NCBI GenBank assembly: GCA_048938005.1
Contig: JBHLMQ010000021.1
Span: 1-45,999, forward strand
Direction of reading: 5' to 3'
Source of the DNA: Promethearchaeota archaeon
GTDB taxonomy: Archaea > Asgardarchaeota > Lokiarchaeia > Sigyniarchaeales > SOKP01
DNA length: 45,999 nt
Both the position numbers and the translations under genes were made by a program. This document shows positions 1 through 8,429 of the stretch, one piece after another; the stretch's first letter is position 1; every line of letters begins with the position of its first letter. The notes under the pieces were generated by a model. It was not told the DNA's origin and ran no database searches. It was given only the letters and a program-made list of their open reading frames with translations.

Positions 1-2
1 TA

Positions 3-656
3 GGATATGAAAATATCATTTCAACTTATGCCGGAATAAGACCATTAGTAATGCAGAAGGGTAAATCTGAAAGTGATATTTCCCGAGATCATATTGTATT
101 TTTCTCTGATGATGGATTACTTACTATAACTGGTGGTAAACTTACAGAATGGCGTGCTATGGCAGAGGATTTATTCATAAAAATAGAAGAAAAGAAATTT
201 TTCCCAAATATTAAACGAACTGAACATTTTAGCAGACAACCCTTCATAATTAGCCTTGAAAAAGAAACCTGGTTAAAAGAATTAGAAAACTATGATCTTA
301 AATTAGATAATGATATTGTAGATCATTTATATCAACAATATGGCAAGGGTGCTTTTAAAATTCTTGACTTGATTAAGCAAGATGCATCTTTAAAAGAAAA
401 AATTGTAGAAGAAAATGATTTCATCAAAGCTGAAATTCTATACTGTTTAAGATATGAACCAACACCACATGTAATAGATATTTTTTGTCGAAGAACTGAA
501 ATGTCACTATGGATTGATCATAAAAAAGCTTTTGAAGCAGCTCGTAAAGTTGCTGAATTAATGGCAAAAGAGTATTCATGGGATGAAAACAAAAAAAATC
601 AAGAAATTGAATTCTATATGGAGCACATCAAAAAAACTGTTTCTTTCATAATTTAA
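3..656 (+). CDS. glpD: FAD-dependent glycerol-3-phosphate dehydrogenase/oxidase (GlpD/GlpA family), C-terminal part; 5' end outside window
   Basis: Frame is open from position 3 (GYENIISTYAGIRPLV), followed by SRDH, LTITGGKLTEWRAMAE, LYQQYG and DIFCRRT, matching GlpD C-terminal motifs (AGxRPL, SRDH, GGKxTxxRxMAE, DxxxRRT). Confidence 0.85.
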   Translation, partial: GYENIISTYAGIRPLVMQKGKSESDISRDHIVFFSDDGLLTITGGKLTEWRAMAEDLFIKIEEKKFFPNIKRTEHFSRQPFIISLEKETWLKELENYDLKLDNDIVDHLYQQYGKGAFKILDLIKQDASLKEKIVEENDFIKAEILYCLRYEPTPHVIDIFCRRTEMSLWIDHKKAFEAARKVAELMAKEYSWDENKKNQEIEFYMEHIKKTVSFII

Positions 657-765
657 TCCTTTCAAAATCTAATTTTGAATAATTGGACTCCCTTTGAAAT
701 ATATTTTTAAGTTTGTATATACAATATAATAACAAATCTAAATTTACATTTAAGAGTGAATTTAA

Positions 766-1431
766 TTGATTTTTCAATGGGATTTTACTGAAAATTTTTT
801 AAGACCGCTAGGAACGTTTGGCGGTTGGTTTATGTTAGTACTAGGAATAATGTGGATAATATATGCCGCATATGAGACCAAGAGAAGGAAATCATTTAAG
901 AAAAGGAAGGTAGAAGATTGGGATTTCGATAGAACTAAGTTCTTGAAGGGTCTTACTTATATTGGCTTTATTGTGGGTTTATTAAGCTTAATGTGTGGAA
1001 TTTCTGGGTTAATATTTAATGTACCTCCAAGTCATGCATTTCCTCCAAGCGCTGGGCGCAGTTGGTTTACAGGAATAATTCTCATTATCTTTGGTATTTT
1101 AACATTTGTTAAACCTGCAAATGACCTTCCTCTTGCGAGTATCATTGGTGTTTTAGCAGCTTCTGTGGTTGTAATAATTTTGGCTCTCGCAGTTCCACAG
1201 AAAGTTGAGGATCTTATTGCTGTATTTGTAAATCCAAAAATTGTATTGTTAATAATTTTCATTATTGTATTTGCAATAGTTGCTCTTACAGCAAAATTCT
1301 ATACCAAAGCCTTTATGACTATATCTAAAGCAATTTCATGGCCGCCACTTGCAGTAATTTTTGCCATCTTCTGTTTTATTCAAGGATTTCTATTACTAGT
1401 ACTAGGAGTATCAATTTCAGGATATTTCTAA
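766..1431 (+). CDS. Hypothetical multi-pass membrane protein (about 6 TM segments)
   Basis: 221 aa, TTG start 6 nt after GAGTGA, strongly hydrophobic segments; no family recognised. Confidence 0.75.
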   Translation: MIFQWDFTENFLRPLGTFGGWFMLVLGIMWIIYAAYETKRRKSFKKRKVEDWDFDRTKFLKGLTYIGFIVGLLSLMCGISGLIFNVPPSHAFPPSAGRSWFTGIILIIFGILTFVKPANDLPLASIIGVLAASVVVIILALAVPQKVEDLIAVFVNPKIVLLIIFIIVFAIVALTAKFYTKAFMTISKAISWPPLAVIFAIFCFIQGFLLLVLGVSISGYF

Positions 1432-1436
1432 TAAAC

Positions 1437-1458
1437 TTATTTTTTTTAATTTTTTTTT
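1437..1458 (+). terminator. Oligo-T tract, probable archaeal terminator
   Basis: Two T8 runs just after the 1431 stop, between convergent genes. Confidence 0.4.
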
Positions 1459-1464
1459 AAAATT

Positions 1465-2577
1465 TTAAAAGAAGCTGAATCTATTAGAAGGATGTTTAGT
1501 AATATCACCAATAATATCCTTACTCAATTCGTAAGCGCAGTTAGGACATTTCTTATCATTAGTCACATCAATTTTCTTAAAACTATATCCTCTCCTTCCC
1601 AACAGTAAATAATTACAGTTTGGACAATAGGTATTGCTACCTTTTTCATGACTTATGTTCCCTATGTAGGGGAAATATAATCCTGTTTCAATAGCAATAT
1701 TGTATGCCATATCTAATGTTTCATAAGGAGTGCGCTTCATTGAAGGCATTTTGAAATCAGGATGATAAGCAGAAAAATGAGTGGGAGTATCTTTTCCTAA
1801 GTTTTCCCTTATCCATTCACACAGTTTTTTTATATCATCCTTACTATCGTTCAAATCTGGAATGATTAGATTAGTGATTTCTACGTGTATTCCATTAGAT
1901 TTAAAATATTTAGCAGTATCTAAAACAGGCTGAACAGATGGGACTGCACAAATTTTCTTATAAAAATCATCTGTCATTGCTTTAATATCAATATTAGCAG
2001 CGTCAATTCCCACTTCTATTAATTCTTTTGTAGCTTCTGGAGTAGAGTATCCATTTGTTACCAAAATAGTTTTAATATCATGTTTTTTTAAAAGTGGAAC
2101 TGTATCCATAATCCATTCATGCCATATCAATGGTTCATTATATGTATAAGCAAGAGTTTTCGCTCCACTCTTCACTACTCTTTTTTCTAATTGCTCCGGT
2201 GTCATTTCAACTAATGACATTCCACGACCTTCATAACCTTGAAGGTCATAATATCCATTCTTTCCATTATCTGTTGGATTTGCTTGGGAAATATTCCAAT
2301 TCTGACAGTTTTGGCATTTAAATGAACACCCGATCGATGCTATCGAATAAGCTGTGGCACCTGGCCAAAAATTGTAGAGAGGCTTCTTCTCAATAGGATC
2401 CAAACTTCCATGAGAAATAAGTGATCCATATATAAGAGTGAATAATTCTCCATCAAAATTCTTTCTTGTTCTACAGATTCCTACTTTTTCTGGTAAGATT
2501 GTGCATTCATTTGCACAAATATGGCATTTAACTTTATTATTATCGAGTTTATCGAATAATCTTGCCTTAACTTTCAA
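1465..2577 (-). CDS. amrS: AmmeMemoRadiSam-type (PflX-like) radical SAM enzyme
   Basis: N-terminal CHIC...C...C, DPIEKKPLYNF, CSFKCQNCQN (CxxxCxxC), YTYNEP, NIDIK, C-terminal CPNC...CPNC. Confidence 0.88.
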   Translation of the reverse strand: MKVKARLFDKLDNNKVKCHICANECTILPEKVGICRTRKNFDGELFTLIYGSLISHGSLDPIEKKPLYNFWPGATAYSIASIGCSFKCQNCQNWNISQANPTDNGKNGYYDLQGYEGRGMSLVEMTPEQLEKRVVKSGAKTLAYTYNEPLIWHEWIMDTVPLLKKHDIKTILVTNGYSTPEATKELIEVGIDAANIDIKAMTDDFYKKICAVPSVQPVLDTAKYFKSNGIHVEITNLIIPDLNDSKDDIKKLCEWIRENLGKDTPTHFSAYHPDFKMPSMKRTPYETLDMAYNIAIETGLYFPYIGNISHEKGSNTYCPNCNYLLLGRRGYSFKKIDVTNDKKCPNCAYELSKDIIGDITKHPSNRFSFF

Positions 2578-2699
2578 ATTAATTACCTTTACTGATTAAT
2601 TTTTTACTTATTATATCTCTAAATATATAATAGATAAGAAATTTTATATTTCTTATACATTTAAATTGTAAAATTTATATAAAAAAGGAGTTATACGAA

Positions 2700-3143
2700 A
2701 TGTCTGGAATTGAAAAAGCAATTTCTTCCTTTAGAGGGGATTTTAACTGTGCTCAATCAATACTAAGTTCATATTCTACTGAATACGGACTGGATAAAGA
2801 CACGGCACTAAGAATAGCTACAGGATTTGGTGGTGGAATGGGTCGTATGCAAAATACATGTGGCGCTATATCTGGGGCATTTATGGTTATTGGTTTGAAA
2901 TATGGTATGGGGGAAGATAGTGATACAGAAGCAAAAGAGAAGACATACCAGGTAATTAGAGAATTTTCAAATCGATTTCAAAAAATTCATGGCTCAATTA
3001 TATGTAAGGAATTGCTTGGGTGTGATATTAATACACCTGAAGGAAAACATTACTACGATCGAAATGATTTATTTGAAAAGAAGTGCTTTCAATATGTAAA
3101 AGATTCTGCAATGATTTTAGGAGATATGTTAAAAATAGATTAA
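2700..3143 (+). CDS. C_GCAxxG_C_C family putative redox-active protein
   Basis: NCAQS, GFGGGMG, TCGAISG, ICKELLG and a final Cys; GGAG RBS upstream. Confidence 0.88.
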   Translation: MSGIEKAISSFRGDFNCAQSILSSYSTEYGLDKDTALRIATGFGGGMGRMQNTCGAISGAFMVIGLKYGMGEDSDTEAKEKTYQVIREFSNRFQKIHGSIICKELLGCDINTPEGKHYYDRNDLFEKKCFQYVKDSAMILGDMLKID

Positions 3144-3174
3144 ATAAAAGAAATACAATTTTTTACTTTTTTTT

Positions 3175-4092
3175 ATGACAGAGAATGAAAATGAGTTAAA
3201 AAAAGAGGAATTACAGCATTTATTATATAAAAAGCTGGAAAACTTAAAGGTTTTAAAAGAAATTGGTAAAAATTCAAATTATATTAAAGAATTAAGCGAT
3301 ATCGCTCTAATTCAACTACAATTGGAAAATTATATAGACTCTGAAAAAAATTATTTAATCTGTTTAGAACATTTTAAAAAACAAAAAGATAGATTAGGAC
3401 AAGCAGCGGTTTATGGAGTATTAGGTACTCTATATTTAAAAAAAGCTAATTATAGGAAATCGATAGAATTCTATGAAAATGCATATAGTATCTACAATGA
3501 ATTAAAACAGATTCAAGAACAAATCACTTGTTTAAAAGGATTAGGAAATAATTATATAAAATTAAATCAATTGGATGAGGCATGTGATGTATTTTTGAAT
3601 TGTAGTGCACTATGTTCAGATATTAATGATATTTATAATTTTTTAGATTGCCTTGGAAATTTAATAACCATTCATGAGGCAAAGGAAGATTGGGATGTAG
3701 TTTTTGAGCTTTATAAAAAAGCTTTAAAAGCATTTAAAGAAATTAAGGATTTTAAGGGAATTGTCACATCATATTTTAATTTAGGAATCCTCCAAAAAAA
3801 AAATAGCAATCTAGAAAAAAGCCTTATGTATTTTAAAAAAGGAACTAATGTAGCAATAGACTCTAATTTTGCAGAATTAATTATTAAGGGTCGTGGTTAT
3901 GTTGGTGAGACTTTATTTTATTCGGGAAAGGTTAAAGAAGCAAAAAATCAATTTATAGAAGCTTTATATATAGCGAAAAAAATTAATGCTAAAAATGCGA
4001 TAGTTCAATTACGAGTCTTATTACAATCGCTAGGTATGCAAGAGAAAAATATTCTTGAAGAATTAAAACAATATGAAAATTTACAAAAGTAA
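3175..4092 (+). CDS. Tetratricopeptide repeat protein
   Basis: About 40-aa repeats with LG..Y...G...A...Y..A pattern. Confidence 0.85.
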   Translation: MTENENELKKEELQHLLYKKLENLKVLKEIGKNSNYIKELSDIALIQLQLENYIDSEKNYLICLEHFKKQKDRLGQAAVYGVLGTLYLKKANYRKSIEFYENAYSIYNELKQIQEQITCLKGLGNNYIKLNQLDEACDVFLNCSALCSDINDIYNFLDCLGNLITIHEAKEDWDVVFELYKKALKAFKEIKDFKGIVTSYFNLGILQKKNSNLEKSLMYFKKGTNVAIDSNFAELIIKGRGYVGETLFYSGKVKEAKNQFIEALYIAKKINAKNAIVQLRVLLQSLGMQEKNILEELKQYENLQK

Positions 4093-4144
4093 TTTATGAA
4101 AAGAAAAGAAGTAAAAAACCGTTTATTCAAGTACCTAAATTATT

Positions 4145-4300
4145 TTACTCAGAATTCTTTTGTTTTTTATAATCTCCTTTTTTTGCTTTCCTCAAAGCTT
4201 CTGCTCCACACTTATCACAATAATTTTGTAGAGTGTGTGTAAATTCACCACATTTGTCACAGATGTAGGGAAATGTTTTTTTAAATAATTTAATATCCAA
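4145..4300 (-). CDS. Small zinc-ribbon protein, 51 aa (not in ORF track)
   Basis: Hand translation MDIKLFKKTFPYICDKCGEFTHTLQNYCDKCGAEALRKAKKGDYKKQKNSE; two CDKCG knuckles; GTGAGG just upstream of the TTG start. Confidence 0.8.
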   Translation of the reverse strand: MDIKLFKKTFPYICDKCGEFTHTLQNYCDKCGAEALRKAKKGDYKKQKNSE

Positions 4301-4602
4301 AATTCCTCACTTTTTTAAAGATCTTTTTTCTTTTAAGAAAAAATAGATCCTTTTTATTTCTTTTTATATTTCATCTTATTTGTTATAGTTTTTTGAAAAA
4401 AGACAGAAGAAATATAAAGTGTTAAATATCACATTTTAGCATTGATTTAAAGCATGGTTACTAATCTCTTATAGGGAAATGAAATTTGAATAGATCAATC
4501 GATCTTAAACTATATAGAAACAACAAATATAAATAAGATCCAACAAATGATCATATATAACAAATAATGAATAAACTTTCAATAATAATTTAGTGGAATA
4601 AT

Positions 4603-5994
4603 TTGAAAATTCTATTAATTTATCCTCCATTTCAAGTCGGCAAGGGCATGGGAAAAGTTATGTGTAGTCCCCCCTTATCCCTTTTAACAATTGCTGGAGC
4701 AGTTAGCGATCTTGATCATGAAATTGACATACTTGATATGAATGTAAATTATTCTTATACTAGTGATGAATTAACTGAAAAAATTCGCCATTATAATTTA
4801 ATTGGAATAACATGTATGACAAATACATTTAAAGTTGTGTTAAACATCTGCAAAATCGCTAAAAAGAATAGTATTCCAACTCTTCTGGGAGGATTTCATC
4901 CCACCTTAGTTCCAAATATTATCGATGAATTTGATTGTATTGATATGATTTGTCGAGGAGAAGGCGATAATACTTTTAGAGAATTGCTAGAAGGCAAACC
5001 AAAACATCAGATTCTTGGTCTATCATATAGAGAAAATGGTAATGTTATACATAATCCAGATAGACCGCAGATTGAGGATTTAAATAAACTCGCATTCCCT
5101 AAGAATGATTTAGTTAATCCTGATCCTTATCATTATATTTGGGTTCCAGCGTGGGTATGTGAAACTTCAAGAGGTTGCCCATTTAATTGTAATTTTTGCT
5201 GCGTGACTCAATTTCATAAAGGCAAATATCGCACTAAGACTCCTGAAAGAGTAATAAGGGAATTAATGCGTATACCACCGACAACAAAACTCGTATTTTT
5301 CACAGATGATAATTTTAGTCTCCAAAGGAAAAGAGTTATGAGGATTTGCGAGCTTTTAGAAAAAACAAAACTGAGTAAACGGTTAATGTTCGTCTGTCAA
5401 TCTAGAGTTGATGACATTGCTAACAACCCAGATATGGTTGAGGCAATGTCTAACGCAGGATTTATCTGTTTCTTTTTAGGTTTTGAAAGTTTCAAGCAAT
5501 TATCTTTAGATAATATGCACAAACAATATACACTCGATAAAGTTAGCAAATGTATAAAATTATGTCATAAGAATGGGATTATGGTTTTTGGCTCATTTAT
5601 CATCGGAAACATAGGAGAAACAGTTGAAGATACATGGAAAACATTTAAATTAATGAAAGAGTTAGAATTGGATATGATGATGACTAATCCTATTACTCCA
5701 TTTCCCGGTACTCCCCTCTATGAAGAAGCTGTTAAAAAAGGATGGATTCCTGAGGATTTTAGGTGGGAAAAATGGGATATCTCACCAGTTATGAATACTC
5801 CAGATATGACTATTGATGAGATCCAAAATTTATTGGATGAAAGTTATAGATTTTTCTACAACGATATTGGATATTTTCTTTTTGGAAGGAAATTGTTGAG
5901 AATTTTATTTAACCCTAAATTTTGGTGGTATAGGCATGTGGCATTTTCTGTTTTAACAAATGGATTTTCAAAATTCTTAATTAAAATAAAATAA
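4603..5994 (+). CDS. Cobalamin-binding radical SAM enzyme
   Basis: B12-binding N-domain (PPLSL, LGGFHPT, GEGD), TSRGCPFNCNFC, DDNF, GFES, TPFPGTPLY. Confidence 0.9.
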   Translation: MKILLIYPPFQVGKGMGKVMCSPPLSLLTIAGAVSDLDHEIDILDMNVNYSYTSDELTEKIRHYNLIGITCMTNTFKVVLNICKIAKKNSIPTLLGGFHPTLVPNIIDEFDCIDMICRGEGDNTFRELLEGKPKHQILGLSYRENGNVIHNPDRPQIEDLNKLAFPKNDLVNPDPYHYIWVPAWVCETSRGCPFNCNFCCVTQFHKGKYRTKTPERVIRELMRIPPTTKLVFFTDDNFSLQRKRVMRICELLEKTKLSKRLMFVCQSRVDDIANNPDMVEAMSNAGFICFFLGFESFKQLSLDNMHKQYTLDKVSKCIKLCHKNGIMVFGSFIIGNIGETVEDTWKTFKLMKELELDMMMTNPITPFPGTPLYEEAVKKGWIPEDFRWEKWDISPVMNTPDMTIDEIQNLLDESYRFFYNDIGYFLFGRKLLRILFNPKFWWYRHVAFSVLTNGFSKFLIKIK

Positions 5995-6286
5995 TAAATT
6001 CATACGGTAATTTTTTCTAAATTTTTTCTATAGCATTCAACATTTACTAGTATCTTTTCATAAATTCCTTCTGTTCCAAATGGCTTAGCGTTATGAATTA
6101 GATCTTGTATCAATTCTACATCTTTTACATTCCATTCATAAAAGATTAAACTAATTGAAAATTTTGAAACACTTAGAATTTATTATTTTAATTTTTAGGA
6201 TGGAATTTTAATTAATTATAAATAACGTAATTTTCATTTTTATTTTAAAAGATTTCAATATCAAACATATTAGTGTTCTTACACTT

Positions 6287-7708
6287 ATGAAAACATGCCC
6301 ATATTGTGGAAACTCTATTGAATCCCATTGGTCTTATTGTAGGAATTGTAATAAACCATTAATCACAAATCTAGAGGATACTTTAGATAGAAATGTAAGA
6401 TTTCCTTATGATGAACAAGAGATTTATCATTTAGATCTGGAAGGAGAAAGTGATACTTATGATGATATAGTTATAAAAGATGAAGAAATTGAACAAAAAA
6501 TAAAAAAAATTGATGAAACATTAGAGCGTAAAGAAATTCTTGGAGAACCGATACCTGGCTCATTATTATTGGAGAAATCAGGTTTATATTATAAGAAGAG
6601 AGATTTACCAAATGCATCGAAAAATCTTGAATTAGCACTTAACAATTTTAAAGAGGAAAATGATCTACTTAATGTTGCAATTTGTTATAACGAAATAGGA
6701 ATAATTCAAGAAGACAATGGATTTTTTGACCAAGCAATTTATCAATTTAATCGATCCCTTGAAATCCTTAAAGACTTAGACGATAAGCAAAAAATTATCA
6801 AGGTTTTAAATAATTTAGGGAATATATATTTTTTAATTAAAAATTTAGAGCAATCATATAATTATTATCAGGAGGCATTTAACCTTTCTCAGCAAGAAAA
6901 TTTAATATTTGAAGAGATAAAATCATCAAGTAATTTGGTGGAAGTCCTTTATTTATTACACGATTATGATCGGATTAGGAGAATTTTAGCAAAGAATTTA
7001 GATTTTTTTAAAAACAATGATGATGTATATGGAATTATTCAAACACACATTAAATATGGAAAGTTATATTATATAATGGGCGAAAATTATGATGAATCAC
7101 ATCAACACCTAACTAAAGCCTTAGAATTAATTAATCGAGTAAGGGATAACATCTCAGTTTATATTAAAGCAAAATTAGAATGGGAATGTTATTTATATCT
7201 TGGAAAAATTTATAAGGTGAGGGATAATAGTACTAAAGCTGAGAATTTATTTTTACAAAGTCTAGAAGCTGTTCGCATTTTTGAAATTGGTGATAATATT
7301 AAAGAGGGTGAGATCTTAGAAAACCTAGCAGAATTAAATGTATCAAAAGGAGATATTGAAAGAGCAATTGATTATTATGAATTATCTTGCGAAATTTTTT
7401 ATAAATTTGGAGATAATCATAAAAATGCTGAACTCAAATTCAAAATAGGAAAAATTTATTTAGAATTTGAGGAGGACTCTTCCAAAGCAATAAATTATTT
7501 TGAAGAAGCTTTAGAAATTTTTGAAGATCTAGAATATTTTAAAGAATGTGCTATTATTCTCAACAAATTAGGTGATATTTACATTCATAAAAGAATGAAC
7601 GAAACAGCGATCTCATATTTTGAGAGAGCTCGAGATTATTATCGAACCATCCAAGATCAATATAATGTGAATTTATTGAATGAAAAAATAAGATCGTTAG
7701 ATGATTAG
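6287..7708 (+). CDS. Zinc-ribbon + TPR repeat protein
   Basis: N-terminal CPYCG...CRNC, acidic linker, then multiple TPR units. Confidence 0.87.
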   Translation: MKTCPYCGNSIESHWSYCRNCNKPLITNLEDTLDRNVRFPYDEQEIYHLDLEGESDTYDDIVIKDEEIEQKIKKIDETLERKEILGEPIPGSLLLEKSGLYYKKRDLPNASKNLELALNNFKEENDLLNVAICYNEIGIIQEDNGFFDQAIYQFNRSLEILKDLDDKQKIIKVLNNLGNIYFLIKNLEQSYNYYQEAFNLSQQENLIFEEIKSSSNLVEVLYLLHDYDRIRRILAKNLDFFKNNDDVYGIIQTHIKYGKLYYIMGENYDESHQHLTKALELINRVRDNISVYIKAKLEWECYLYLGKIYKVRDNSTKAENLFLQSLEAVRIFEIGDNIKEGEILENLAELNVSKGDIERAIDYYELSCEIFYKFGDNHKNAELKFKIGKIYLEFEEDSSKAINYFEEALEIFEDLEYFKECAIILNKLGDIYIHKRMNETAISYFERARDYYRTIQDQYNVNLLNEKIRSLDD

Positions 7709-7726
7709 AATCTTTTTAATTGATTA

Positions 7727-8413
7727 TTATTCGTTATTAAAAATCTCAAAATCTTCCTTCTTGTAAACCTTTGTGCCATATTCTTCAAAACCTATACCTT
7801 TAATGAAGGAATATGAGACTCTATTATCCTTATATACTTCACACCTAACTTCTTCCACATTAGGGTATTTCTCTTTAATATATTGCCAACTTGCCATACC
7901 AAGGACTGAACCAACACCTCTTCTTTGAAATCTTGGGATAACTGCTAACGCAGCTATTATAGCATATTTATTATTTTCACCTTCAAAATCAAGAAGCAGA
8001 AAAGCAGCATCAGTTCCGTATATTTTTGCTATAAGGAAAACAGTTTCAGGATATTCAAGAATTTTTAATAAATCTGTTTTTGTTATAGGTCTAAATGGTG
8101 TATTACTTGTAAGCCAAGCTCGATTATAAATGTATTTTAAATTCTCAAGATCTTCTTTAGTAGCTTCTCGTATTTTTGCTTGAATGATATTATGCTCAAT
8201 TTTTTTCTTTAATATATCTTCAAACTCCCTAGTAATTTTCTCAACTGGAAGCCTCATTTGGATATACACCATGCCATCTTGATAGAGTTCATCTACAGCT
8301 TTGTCGACTTCTACCTTTTGCTTTTTTTTCGTTTCAATTGATAGAAAAAAAGCACGAATTTTTCTTTTTTTAAGATCTAATCTTTTGTTTCGCTCTTGAT
8401 TTAATTTTGACAT
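7727..8413 (-). CDS. GNAT family N-acetyltransferase
   Basis: IREAT..D, LAVIPRFQRRGVGS acetyl-CoA motif A, V..DN..S..F...GF motif B. Confidence 0.85.
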   Translation of the reverse strand: MSKLNQERNKRLDLKKRKIRAFFLSIETKKKQKVEVDKAVDELYQDGMVYIQMRLPVEKITREFEDILKKKIEHNIIQAKIREATKEDLENLKYIYNRAWLTSNTPFRPITKTDLLKILEYPETVFLIAKIYGTDAAFLLLDFEGENNKYAIIAALAVIPRFQRRGVGSVLGMASWQYIKEKYPNVEEVRCEVYKDNRVSYSFIKGIGFEEYGTKVYKKEDFEIFNNE

Positions 8414-8429
8414 AATGAAATTTGTAAAA

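Noticed and set aside
4301-4602. Cobalamin riboswitch upstream of the B12 radical SAM gene
   Set aside because: A lone AGGGAA is present, but no B12-box or GC-rich stems
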